From Oopsacas minuta (lineage: Eukaryota > Animalia > Porifera): DNA of 64,000 nt. The stretch spans positions 321,848 through 385,847 of the forward strand of contig JAKMXF010000317.1 in NCBI GenBank assembly GCA_024704765.1. The letters run 5' to 3'. Of the stretch, positions 1 to 11,400 are shown one piece after another. The notes under the pieces were generated by a model, which worked only from the letters and a program-made list of their open reading frames with translations, was not told where the DNA came from and searched no databases. A program made the position numbers and the translations under genes. The number at the start of each line of letters is the position of its first letter. The stretch's first letter is position 1.

Positions 1-364
1 GATAACAAAGTTTAGATATCCACTCTTTGTCATCGAAAAATCAAGCCAATGCATTTTCTATTGGAGCATTCTACTGTTTCATCTTTCAGATCGAGAAAAC
101 GTTACAATACATTGCCCCCTGAAAGCCATGGAACTTCAGTATGGTACAGTTCATCCTTTTGGACTGCATCCATCCATAAATAAAGGTTTCGATAGAGACG
201 TGTGTTAAGTCACTACTTTTGACAAAATTTACGTTGTTTAATTTACTATTTTAATCACTTCCTGTGAGACTAAATTTAGAGTTGATTGTAGAGTTTTTGA
301 AGCAAGTGCCTCTAAATGTATCATACAGTGATTCGTAATCACACCTGGAGCAACCTGTTTAACG
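1..364 (-). pseudogene. hAT (Buster/Charlie, ZBED5/8-like) transposase, C-terminal part, degenerate; runs off the window start
   Basis: Minus-strand translation VKQVAPGVITNHCMIHLEALASKTLQSTLNLVSQEVIKIVN, then (frameshifted) YHTEVPWLS and FDDKEWISKLCY. These match the CxxH, TEVRWLS and F.D..W...L.Y motifs of Buster-type hAT transposases. Confidence 0.85.
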
Positions 365-532
365 ATTTATGATGTAGATAAGCCCAGATTAGCAGATGAA
401 ATAATTTTCATGTGTCATGCTGGGGTGAGATCAAAACTTGCTGCTAAAATAGCACGTGCAGCTGGTTATACATTAATACGTGAATATGCTGATGGATTGA
501 TTGGATGGAAAAAACGAATTAACTTGAAATAA
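365..532 (+). pseudogene. 3' fragment of a single-domain rhodanese/thiosulfate sulfurtransferase (TSTD1-like)
   Basis: Translation IYDVDKPRLADEIIFMCHAGVRSKLAAKIARAAGYTLIREYADGLIGWKKRINLK* has the rhodanese active-site loop (C-H-A-G-V-R-S) and the C-terminal Y..G...W motif. The 5' half is absent and replaced by hAT sequence at 364/365. Confidence 0.8.
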
Positions 533-911
533 CTTGAATATCAATTCTTCCAAATTTGTTTAATTATTTGTTTTTATATTAATGGAAATATCCAAAGTAT
601 CTTTATATCAAATCTCCTTATTTAGTTATACTTATAATTATTAGTATTAATGAAATTAAAATTATTTTTTGAGCATTTTTTGTGTTTAATTCACCTACAA
701 GGTCCTTCCTTGTCGTTGGAGGAGTTTTAAAATACTACAAGGATATTAGGAGAGATCTAGCCGTTCCCATTATTTATTACTCTTATACACACCTAATTAT
801 AATTACTAATGAGGTCATTGGCTCTTATTGACTTTCTTCGCATTGAAGTATATTATCTATATTAACATGTTCAATTCGCCAACATATTCTGTTTAGCTCC
901 TTAGTTCGTAT

Positions 912-1179
<268 letters not shown>

Positions 1180-1326
1180 TAGTGCAAATATAATGTACAA
1201 TAACAAACAGTACTGCCTGAGGAGGCTTGAGCACATCAAAAGTATTTAACAGAAAACTATAAATACAAATTCAACACATTTACAACTTTATATCAATATA
1301 CACGAGCAGAAATATACAATAATTTT

Positions 1327-3357
1327 TCATGTCCTCACACTCCTAGAGAAATACCACAACGAGAATATGGACATGCCAATATAACTAAGGGTCAAGTATA
1401 ATCCCATTAATAGACAAATAGAAACAAGTATACCAACAGCCAACCATGGAGTATACTGACACGTCAAGTAGAAAATCTCTTTATCACCATAGGGAAATTG
1501 ATTACTGAACTGTATTAATTTCCCATTCTTCAAACTGCTATAATCGGTAATATTGTTATATCCCATGTAGAATGGTCTACGTGCAGTGAATTTTTGTGGT
1601 TTAGGATTGTTTGTCCATATAACCGAGTCTTTATGTAGGCAGCAATTGTTGTTATTTCCCATTGATTCATTTTTAGTGCAAAATAGAGTTTCTTGATTCT
1701 CCTTCATAGCATTCTCAAACCCTGAACACATAACTTGTAATCCATCATTAGCTGAGGTCTCTTTATAAGGATGAAAATCATAGCAAGGGTAAGGAAACGG
1801 GATAACTGTGTAGTTGATTGAGTCTACCAAAGTGATATCATAAAAACAGGTATCTGCTGGGAACCACATTGACATAGGTTGTATCGTATTTAATTGTTGG
1901 TTGAAATATTTTTGGTTTTTCTCATAATCCTTGTAGAATAAGAGCCTAGTCTTATTTATATCTTTGTAACCGGTGTCATTATAATAATGTTTAAGAGAAT
2001 CAAAAATTGTCAATTGATAGGAGGGTGAACCTGATATTTTAACACTGTCACATGAATTAATGAATGTAGAGAGTTGAGTATCATCTGGGGGAGGGACTAG
2101 TATATAGTCTCCTGGGTGGAAATCTATGCGAAAATCATCTCCATCCGTAAATCTAAGGTATCCAATGAAAGAAGCACAAAAAACGGAAGAAAATAAAATG
2201 ATAAATCCGATGAATAGAAAGCGTTTACGTTTATGTCTCTTCGCGCCTTCTCGATTATCAGATTTCACAGCTCCTTTTTTCGTTGTTGGATATGCGAAAT
2301 ATGCAATGAAAAGTAAGTATGAGAACGAGGGTATATATGCTAGTATATCTGTAACGACCGACATCGCAAATAACAACTCTACTTTGTTGGAACTTTCTTT
2401 TGCAATCGATACGATTAGGCCAACCAAATTACCCTCTATGATATTAAGGAACAGGTATATGAGAAGAAATACTGAGTATCCACACATATATTTTCTCCAA
2501 AACTTCATCTCTTTTTTAAATCCGTCTCTCATTTCGTCTGGAATTAAGAGACGACGTATTCCATGTTGATCCTCATCAGTATACTCATTTGATCTATTTA
2601 TCATTATATGTCTCATGTATACCGCCAATGGAATGAATATTATCAAACTTAACAGGATTTCCACCACCCTTAGTAATTTTGCGAAAGTGTGGAATGGGTA
2701 TGCTTCTAATGCTAAAGTTTGAATAGTTGAATCATCTTCAAAATCACTTATGTTAATGATTAATTCCCAGATATTAAAATGACAAGCGAACACGAAGATT
2801 ACCCGAAGTGAAAGAAGGAGTGTAAATATTTTGAAGTAAAATTCTTTACCAGTCAAGTTGTTTATGGAGTTTACAAGAAACAAGAACCCCCAAAGTATTA
2901 GATTTCCCTCTGCTGCTTCGTGTGTTGCCTCCAAGAAGTAGAGTACATAATGAGAAGTTGGAATGACATATGTATATAGATCTTTCGACCCACCCTGCCC
3001 CTGAGAATTGTTAACTATATGCAAATATCTCTCGTCTATGAACATTTTATACAAGAAGTATATCCCATGCACTGACATTACAATGGTCAATAACATAAAG
3101 ATGATAACACTAACCAAGAAGCATATAACTATCCGTAAATGATCATATCCGTACTGTTTATTTTTGTCAAAATGTCCTCCTCCTCCTAGCGTTACTTTCT
3201 GTACACGGGAATAATACATATCAATAAGAAATATAATAACCGGTAAAGTGAATAGTGATACAAGCAAAGATATAGCAAATACTCCCATACCTATTCCAAT
3301 ATGCAGTTCACCTGTAGGATAACCGCTAGCCACTATCATGTCCCATATCGAAATCAT
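1327..3357 (-). CDS. Intronless 676-aa multi-pass membrane protein (about 8 N-terminal TM helices, Cys-rich ~250-aa loop, C-terminal TM); family not recognised
   Basis: Uninterrupted ATG-to-TGA ORF in 30-35% GC DNA, with about 9 hydrophobic stretches of 20+ aa and several N-x-S/T sequons in the Cys-rich loop. Confidence 0.8.
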   Translation of the reverse strand: MISIWDMIVASGYPTGELHIGIGMGVFAISLLVSLFTLPVIIFLIDMYYSRVQKVTLGGGGHFDKNKQYGYDHLRIVICFLVSVIIFMLLTIVMSVHGIYFLYKMFIDERYLHIVNNSQGQGGSKDLYTYVIPTSHYVLYFLEATHEAAEGNLILWGFLFLVNSINNLTGKEFYFKIFTLLLSLRVIFVFACHFNIWELIINISDFEDDSTIQTLALEAYPFHTFAKLLRVVEILLSLIIFIPLAVYMRHIMINRSNEYTDEDQHGIRRLLIPDEMRDGFKKEMKFWRKYMCGYSVFLLIYLFLNIIEGNLVGLIVSIAKESSNKVELLFAMSVVTDILAYIPSFSYLLFIAYFAYPTTKKGAVKSDNREGAKRHKRKRFLFIGFIILFSSVFCASFIGYLRFTDGDDFRIDFHPGDYILVPPPDDTQLSTFINSCDSVKISGSPSYQLTIFDSLKHYYNDTGYKDINKTRLLFYKDYEKNQKYFNQQLNTIQPMSMWFPADTCFYDITLVDSINYTVIPFPYPCYDFHPYKETSANDGLQVMCSGFENAMKENQETLFCTKNESMGNNNNCCLHKDSVIWTNNPKPQKFTARRPFYMGYNNITDYSSLKNGKLIQFSNQFPYGDKEIFYLTCQYTPWLAVGILVSICLLMGLYLTLSYIGMSIFSLWYFSRSVRT

Positions 3358-3585
3358 ATCTGCAGTGTATACGTGTAGCCAAATTTACCAATTGATAATT
3401 AATCGTGTTTATTGCATTTTATTGCATAATTTACGGCCTATTCTTAAAGAGTCATATATTAACCTGATCAAGTATCACTTCACATATGTAATTTGAACGT
3501 TTTACCTATTTAGGTGGTATGTGTATATTACAGCATACTGTTGACAGAGCGAGTATATCTTCCAATTCCTTTGACTATTGTGTAG

Positions 3586-4065
3586 ATGTTCTTACGAATT
3601 ATTCCATCTTACTTTTCACTGTATCTCTCCATCTGTTCATTGCTTTTCAAACCCTGTTTTTTCTCCAGCCAGAGCTGGCATAGAATCAGTGAAATCATTG
3701 AGTTGCATTTGAGAGACGGACATCCTTGTTTGAAAATTCCTCTCGTATCCAGACAGGGTAATGTATTGTCATACCTGAAGCCTATTACAGATACTGTGGG
3801 CAGCTTAGTATCACACATACGATAGGAAGATCCAGGTCTGCAATAAGTGGAGCTGATGAGTACTGAAGGGGACAGATTTGCACTCTCCTCTCCTGTCAAA
3901 CACCTTCTATTTGGGAACTTTGACCTCCAGCTGAATGACAAGCGCTACAGAGTAAACCTGACAGAGCAATTGAAGATAAAATCAGGTCTAGACGTTAGTA
4001 GTGAATTGTCTAATGAAATAGGAGAAGTAAAGAATTCTATTCACAAACTGTATGTAGCTCTTACG
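3586..4065 (+). pseudogene. MCU: Mitochondrial calcium uniporter N-terminal domain, 3'-truncated, two in-frame stops
   Basis: Translation LRDGHPCLKIPLVSRQGNVLSYLKPITDTVGSLVSHIR*EDPGLQ*VELMSTEGDRFALSSPVKHLLFGNFDLQLNDKRYRV...EVKNSIHKLYVAL aligns by eye with the MCU N-terminal domain (GLPVISVRLPSR...LKPISDSVG...EDRG...DFKLVIND..Y...DVKTLVQQLYTTL). Stops at 3823-3825 (TAG) and 3844-3846 (TAA); the coiled-coil/TM pore region is absent. Confidence 0.85.
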
Positions 4066-4776
4066 CGAACTTGGAAACCAGAAGACTTCTCACCATAAAA
4101 GGAGCTCCATCTGTGCATACAGCGCTAACTTTATGACAATCAAGTGGCCGAGAGAAAACCAACTCTTCTTTGAAATCACAATTGTGGATTTAACGTACAT
4201 ATACCATAAGCTGAGCACAAAAAGAAACATCTGTTGACTCGTCCAATTGTAAAACATAAATTGATGACTGTTAAATCAGCTCTACTACTTGGTTCTTTAT
4301 ACCTTCCGACATTTCTTCAATTCTGCGTTGAACAGTGTAATCAGAATGTGACAGAGAACTTAGCTTCTTCACTGCGTCCGCCTCAAACATAAATCGCACA
4401 ATGTCTTTCGTGCAAGGCTACACTACCTCTTCACCAATGGTATGAAGTTTCTCACATTTTGCAATCGCAGTGAAACAACATAAGTCACTTCAACTGAGCT
4501 CTTGTGCTTGCAAATGTCTGTCCATTAGTGTCAAGTCTAGACTTCTTTACAGAATCTGCTTTTCTCTCGAAGATTGAAACATCTCGATCTGTGTATGTTG
4601 GATGTTCCTTCTCAAAATGTCTCTTAAGCTTGAACGGCTTCATGGACTCTGCCAGATAATTTTTTAATGCATTCCACATATTGTGGCTTTTCAATATTTT
4701 GCGTTACTAAACTGGCATATCCAAATTGGAGATAATCATCTGATTAAGGACACTTAGGAGCACGTTTCGTAGCCAT
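4063..4776 (-). pseudogene. hAT (Buster/Charlie) transposase, N-terminal part, degenerate
   Basis: ATG at 4776 (MATKR...DDYLQFGY...EKPQ), then AESMKPFKLKRHFEKEH (BED finger), LHTIGE, LQLDESTDVS (first catalytic D) and AVCTDGAPFM (second catalytic D), then SGFQVRV, with stops and frameshifts. Confidence 0.88.
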
Positions 4777-5114
4777 TTAATTGAAAGAAAAAAGATATTT
4801 GAATTAAGCAAATAATATAGTACTTTATATTTAAGCTTGCATACAATTTTATACTTTTATAGGTTTAGCCATAAGCCTATGGTTTAGTTAATTAACAAGT
4901 ATATAACACGTTGTTATGTTTTCAATATTATTTCAATCAACAATACTGTGTCGTACAACAACAATGGTTGCAAATCGATACTATTAATGAAAGGAAGTAT
5001 CAAAAGTATAAATATTTGGAAATACAACAAAATGAGAAATAAGAAAATGAAAATGAGTTATATACTAATTGGATAAAGCAAGATTATAGGAAATACACTC
5101 AAAGTAAGGAAATG

Positions 5115-6314
5115 TTAATATTTCTGGAAACGGCCTTTATCTTCAATGCCACTATTCACACATATAATATTATCTGAGTTATCTAATACAATACCATACA
5201 AGGAAAAGAGATGTCCTCTACCCAGAATATGTTTCATCACTCCTTCAGGTGAGAAGATACGGATATAGTTGGCTGTATTGTCTGTAATTAAGAAGTTCCC
5301 CTTCTTATCAATCGTGAAGAAGAGAGCTAATGTCATTTGCTGTTCCTGTCCAGTTAGCTGTATAATATTCTGGAGAGTACAGTCTCTGTTGTAGCAGTAG
5401 ATGGAGTTGCTCCTTTGAGATAGGATGTAGATCCTGTCAGAGAATACTGTAATGTCTCTTGGTTTTTTGAGTTCTCGGTGGCCGAACTCCTTAATGAAGT
5501 TAAGATTAGAATCAAATATTTGAATTCTTTGTATATCACAATCACAGACATATATTAACCTAGCTTCATGACACAATCCTGAGATATGAGTAAATCGTCC
5601 TTCTGTATGGCCTCTTGAGCCTGTTTCCTTTAGGAATTGTCCAGATAGGCTAAACTTCACAAGAGACTCTTTAGCTCTATCAGTAACGAATACTTCATCT
5701 TTCGACAGACATATACCGTATGGCTCCTTCAAGTGGTCAGTCCCAAAAGAACGTAAATACTTTCCTTCGGTATTCAACACTTGAATACGACCGTTGCCTT
5801 TGTCACAAATATACAATTCATTACTCGCTCTATCTACTGCTATTCCTTTGGAATTATGCAACTCTCCATTTCCTCTACCCCTCTTACAAACTTTAAGAAT
5901 AGGGTTTTCCCTCCTCACGTATTCAGGAATGATTTCAAACAAATCTATTTCATCAATGGTTTCACGAATTATATCAGAGTAACAACGGAACTCAATAAAC
6001 TCCAAGTTATCCACTTTTACCTTTTCAGCTATTCTCAGTTCGATGTCTCTATCTAGCGTTTGTTTGACTATGTCTAGTGATCCTCCTACCAAGTTGCTAG
6101 TCATTGTAGCTAGTATTTGATCTTTGGATATTCTCAACTGATTTATTGCTTCCTCCAATTCTACATTCTTGTCGTGTCCTTCCTTCATTTTAGCGAGTCT
6201 AGACAGAAGACTATTTCTGTGATCTGACAGATATTGGTAAAGTTCATCAAAAGTTCTGATTATTTCCATCTTCAGAGCTTCTAGCTTTTGATCGACATTG
6301 AAAACTGCAGCCAT
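5115..6314 (-). CDS. Coiled-coil + NHL-repeat beta-propeller protein (TRIM71/brat-like C-terminus, no RING/B-box), family A, intact, 399 aa
   Basis: N-terminal heptad-rich region followed by about 6 NHL repeats (GIAVD...LYICD..N.RIQVL...G.YL..FG); intronless ORF. Confidence 0.9.
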   Translation of the reverse strand: MAAVFNVDQKLEALKMEIIRTFDELYQYLSDHRNSLLSRLAKMKEGHDKNVELEEAINQLRISKDQILATMTSNLVGGSLDIVKQTLDRDIELRIAEKVKVDNLEFIEFRCYSDIIRETIDEIDLFEIIPEYVRRENPILKVCKRGRGNGELHNSKGIAVDRASNELYICDKGNGRIQVLNTEGKYLRSFGTDHLKEPYGICLSKDEVFVTDRAKESLVKFSLSGQFLKETGSRGHTEGRFTHISGLCHEARLIYVCDCDIQRIQIFDSNLNFIKEFGHRELKKPRDITVFSDRIYILSQRSNSIYCYNRDCTLQNIIQLTGQEQQMTLALFFTIDKKGNFLITDNTANYIRIFSPEGVMKHILGRGHLFSLYGIVLDNSDNIICVNSGIEDKGRFQKY

Positions 6315-7418
6315 TTCTATTCTAGAAATTCAATAATATTTGTGTATATATTTCTTGGGAAAATTACAAAAATGTTCAGCTAGCTGTCATTTCATTATCC
6401 GTACAATACGTCTTCATTAAAACACGTATTCAACAGCTTAGTGAATAACCAAAACGTATGAAAATTCTTAGCATATGCACTTGGAAGTAGGATGATGTAA
6501 ACAGGCTTGTTATCCAGGAACGCGACTCCCGCCTACAGGCAAAAAATTTGTGTAGTTAGGAGCAAGAAAATTTTGAGAGTTAGGCGCATGTCACACGCCA
6601 ATTTTGGCGAATAATGTAATAATGGTAACAATCATAAAGGTCAATTGAAATGTATTATTGTTTATAAGAATAATCAGTTGAATTCATTAATATTGTAAAA
6701 TTATTCAAAAGGTAAACTGTGTATAATTACAGGGAGGAAGCTTGATAAATGATATTTAGGTTGAGTCCTAATACTACTGGTATTACACCTCTGGAATGTA
6801 GTATTAACCGTAGAATATGTAATGGATGTATGGTTTGATTAAAATTAAACTTCGATGCTTCCAAAATTCAAATAGTCTAGGCGCGTAAGTGAAATCGAGA
6901 ACTCATTTAGGCGCGCTACATATAAAACATGGAAGAAACCCTGGATGAATATCCAAGTGACAAGCCTAAGATATATTATGTTTGTATTTACGTATTGAAT
7001 ATCAAATTATCAAGTGTTAATCAAGTAATTAATAAAATACCAAATTACAAACAATCAAAAGTTAACAAACTCACAAAAAATATGTTGTTGACTTGTAGTG
7101 TTCAAATGTTGTTGTGTTGTTGATTGATAATATATTGTGTGAATTATCAAATATATTCTATACACAATCATATCATCTACAGACTATATCTTAGCTATGT
7201 GGCTATACAATAATACTTTCACTATCATATTTCAATTAACATTACTGTGTTGATTTCTATTACTTGTATAGTGGCTCAGTTCTAACAGAACTTTGTACAC
7301 TCAATGCCGGTTATAAGAACATCGCCGGGAACTGGACATAATGTTCTTATACCCGATAAAATTCAATGGAGTAAGATACAAAAGATTCGGTAAATCGAGT
7401 TATGGTTCGTATAACCGG

Positions 7419-10244
7419 CATAGGCGTAACTGTGGGGGGGGCTGGGGGGAGCATTGCTCCCCCCCCATTTTATAATTCTTGCCCCCCCATCTCTGGAAAA
7501 TGATTTATTCCACGAAGCGAATAGTAATGATAAATAGGAACATTAAAATTATTATCTGTTGAATAAATGTGTCACTACTATATTCTCCATCCATAAACAT
7601 CACATTCAAAGTTTCAAACTAGTCTAATGTCATGGATTTTTTACGTAGTCCTTCATTCATTTCTAATATACCTATAGCATTTACTTAGTTTTATTTATAA
7701 ATCGCGCGCTGGCTTTTATAGCATAACATAACCTTTCCAAAGAATGAAACGTTTTGATTCAGTGAATATTTATTCCAATTTCTATCTTTTATTAGCATGA
7801 ATTTAGATTATTTTTCAAATCTCTGAAAATGTTGATTTCTTTGTTGGTGAAGAACAATGTACCTCTATGGAAGATCATGGTGAACCCCAAGCTGTTACAA
7901 CCTTAGATACTTCTTCTACTTCAAATACTCTATCAAAAGCAAAGGATTTGTCTTCTGTGGATGCAGATAGATTGAGTATCCCAGATTCGTTCATATTTCC
8001 CACTCGCCTTGTTGGTGGGCATCTACGCTCCTTTTCCTTACAATGGATGAGAAAATATGATTGGCTTGAATATAGTTTGGAGGTAGACAGAGTATTTTGC
8101 AAACCATGTCGACATTTTGATGTCAACAATTATCGTGGAAGTTTTTGTGGACCTCTTTTAGGAATTGGTGTTAATGATTGGAAAAAAGCTAGGAGAAAAG
8201 TTATCCAAACATGATAGCAGTAATTCACACAGCATCGCAATTGTAAAGTTCAAAGATTATAAGTGTACGAAGCTTGTTTTGGGTGGCAGTGTTGTCGAAA
8301 TGTGCGATATACATCATCAAGAAATTAAGGGACTCCTATTGAATACGCAACATTTTCACTTTGTCATAGATCTTTTATTATTCCTTGCAGGACAAAACCT
8401 ATCAATACGTGGCCATTGTGAAAATATTCCCAAAGTGCTAAAGATAGTAGTGATAATATGGGGAATTTTTTAGAAATGCATAAATTCATCTTAAAGTATT
8501 CTCCAGATATCGCTAAGGCTTATAGAAATGCTAAATACAAGATACTCTCTCCCAAGATCCAAAATGATATCCTACAAGCTGCTGCTATTGCTCTGGTTCA
8601 TGAAATTAAGATAGAATTAATGGATAGCTATTATTCGATATTGGCAGACGAGACAAGAGACTCTTGTAGCAATGAGTTAGTAGCTGTTTGCCTACGTTAT
8701 CTCCATAAAGGTGACATTCATGAGAGGGCAGTTGGTTTTGTCGATGGTTCGTCAGATCTTTCTGCGGAAGGTATTTCAAATTCAATTTTGTTAATACTTG
8801 AACAATTGGAATTGGATCCAGATAAATGCGTCGGATTTGGGTTTGATGGTGCATCAGTTATGTCTGGGAATAGAGGTGGTGTACAGGCAATATTAAGGCG
8901 CACATATACTCGGGCTAGTTACGTCCATTGTCACTCTCACAGACTAAATCTCGTACTACAGCATGTTGCCACTAAGGATGAAGATTTAAAGGTGTTTTTT
9001 AGTTTGACAAATAATCTTGTGACCTTTTATAGATATCCTAAACGCAACGCTATCTTAAAACGAGCACAGAAAAGACTTCGTTTGGGGAAGCAGTTGGTCT
9101 CACTTCCTCGCCCGATAGATATTAGGTGGTTATCTAATGCGTTAACAGTAGAAAGAATTGCTATCCTCTTCCCTAGCATTATTGAAGCACTAGAAGAATT
9201 GGAAGCTATTCCAGATATCCAAATCCAGGCACAATCTCTTTTACATCATTTGCGTTCCAAGAAATTTATATTCATTTTGAACACCCTTTCTAAGATACTT
9301 GATGCAGCCAAATGCTGCACAAAAACTCTTCAGAGCCATTCTTTGGCACTCGATAATGCTGTTGGATTTATTAATGGATTACGTGACTTACTAATTATGT
9401 ATAGAAGTGAAGAATATTTTTTTGAAGTTTTCAAGTTGACAGATGAAATTGCATTTAAATTCGAAATCACAGCTTGGGATTCCAGAACTGAAAGAGTTCG
9501 ACATGTTCCTCAACGTTTTGATGATTACTTTGATTGTAATATTAGATATACAAAGACAGTACGTTCTGTTGAAGATTTGAAAATTATTTGGCACGATTTA
9601 TATGACAACTTATTAGGAGAGATTGATCGTCGATTTTCTGAAGATAGTATGAGCTTTTTTCATTGTACTCATAATATACTAAATAGAAATAATTACTGCG
9701 AAAGTGAATTGACTCAACGATTCAATATAATCATTCCCGAAAGTGAAGCAATTATGTTTAATGCATTTTCTCAACGTTCCCTCGTAGAGACACCAACTTT
9801 GCTGGACCTGACTTCTATTTGCGATCCTAACATATTTGATAATATCTCAACATTGTTAAATATTCTTGTAGTTTGTCCAGTCACAACAGTGTGTGTTGAA
9901 CGTCTATTCTCTACTGTGAATCTAATCCACAGTTCACATCGAGCGAGTATGTTGACAACAAGATTGTGCAATTTATCACTACTCTCTTTTGAAACAGATA
10001 TAACAAAGAAGCTTCAAGAAACTCCTCTTATAGTAGAAAAAGTTATGCGAAAGATGGTCAAGAAGTAGTATGCTTGTAGTTAATATTAGATTTGATGATT
10101 AGATACCTACTAGGAATAGATACTAGTTTTTGTAATCCTAGCTTCATTACTAATTGTTCTAGATCATTTTGCCTTCTAAGATTTATTGCCCCCCCATTTA
10201 GGGTCTGTTGCCCCCCTCCAAATTTAAAGTTTGTTACGCCACTG
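7419..10244 (+). mobile_element. Near-full-length hAT transposon (Tip100/ZMYM1-like group), 2826 bp
   Basis: Imperfect TIRs CATAGGCGTAAC / GTTACGCCACTG; 8-bp TSD ATAACCGG (7411-7418) / ATAACCGA (10245-10252); GC-rich subterminal tracts; encodes a hAT transposase. Confidence 0.92.
7867..10068 (+). pseudogene. ZMYM1/THAP12-like hAT transposase with TTF-type zinc finger; two frameshifts (about 8190 and about 8440)
   Basis: ORF pieces 7867-8214 (RSF..QW...YDWLEYS...VFCKPC), 8165-8473 (KH..S..H; IRGH) and 8458-10068 (GNF; LADETRD; FDGASVMSG; YVHCHSHRLNL; RWLS; PVTTVCVERLFS dimerisation motif). Confidence 0.9.
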
Positions 10245-11175
10245 ATAACCGATGTTCTTATATGCGGCATCTACTCTATATATGTAGATATTCAATTGGT
10301 ATTCTTCTGGTGAAAGCGAACAGATTTTGACAGTCCGTTGGTGCTCGAATTAATAAGGTTCCAGTTTATATACATAATTCCAAACGATATGAAGAGAAAT
10401 GTTGGATTTTGTAGACATAACATATAAAGAAGCAAGGCAATCCCGATAATTGCCACGTCTCCCCAACTTCCAACGGGCCTGATTACTAATCAAACTTAAC
10501 AACTACGAAAAGGACAAATAAGCATTGTAGATAGAAATGGCACAAGTGGCACAACATGGCCAAGTCGCCACCTGTGTGTAGGGAAAAGTCTACCAAGGTT
10601 GTTGTGTGGCCGCTATAACACAATAACTTATAGATGTTGTGAAAAGTTGGGAATAATTTTGATTGTAAAAGGTCACATGTTTATCCTGAAGGTGTATACA
10701 ACTATACATTCCCTATCCTCCTATGGGATCAGCAACTCGTGGGGTCACTAAGGGTAGAGGCACTAAGCCAGTGGCGTATACGAGGAGGATTTTGGTGTTC
10801 AAACATCCCCTATGACTGGTTTCTAAAAGGGATTTGTTGTTATGAACAATTCGATTTCCTTAATAAGTGCAGAGCTTTTGGAATCATATTTACAGAATGC
10901 TATCCACTTTTCACAATTATTTTTTCAACGAGTTTCCAGACGATATCCAAGAAGACTTTAGATGACTAATGTATAACCAGACTAAATTTGTATTTAGTAA
11001 ACAGGGCATATACAGTGGAGTGAGCTTGCTTGCAAGTCAGGTATTGCATGAGAAAAACTTGCTAATAGAGCAACACAATCAATTTGATAAATACTATTTT
11101 TGTATGTGTAACATGTATATACGTGTATGTGATGATATAATACGTATAAGGATATTGTAGTACACTTACGAGAAA

Positions 11176-11400
11176 CAGTGCCGGATTTAGGTATGTGGGG
11201 GCCTTGTTCGAGGGAAATTCCCAGGGCTCACTGAAGCCAATTCAAAGCCGTCACAGTTCGCCCACCTGTCCCCATTCCTCAAATTAGAATGCTTGTGTTT
11301 ATTGTGTATTCAAATTTTTCACAAGTAAAATCCAACCCTATAAGTAGTACCACTCTAAATGTGGGGCCCTGTTCGACCGCACACTCCTAAATCCGGACTG
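11176..11400. mobile_element. hAT-type MITE, 225 bp
   Basis: TIRs CAGTGCCGGATTTAGG / CCTAAATCCGGACTG; perfect 8-bp TSD ACGAGAAA at 11168-11175 and 11401-11408. Confidence 0.9.

Larger units (their letters stand above)
7298..10276. mobile_element. Small Tc1/pogo-type MITE (about 145 bp when reconstituted), interrupted by the hAT at 7419-10244
   Basis: Left end CACTCAATGCCGGTTATAAGAACATCG (after TA at 7296-7297) is an imperfect inverted repeat of the right end CGATGTTCTTATATGCGGCATCTACTC (before TA at 10277-10278). Confidence 0.55.

Noticed and set aside
2126-2569. 147-aa plus-strand ORF and similar shadow ORFs (5781-6056, 8606-8854, 19033-19362, 29212-29457, 57414-57656)
   Set aside because: Antisense to well-supported genes, with no motifs of their own.
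3823-3846. TAG/TAA at Gln/Glu/Lys-like positions of MCU as evidence of stop-codon reassignment or readthrough
   Set aside because: Other genes here end normally at TAA/TAG (NHL, MGLL, Rho, ADAP-like), and the MCU piece is truncated anyway; ordinary nonsense decay explains them.
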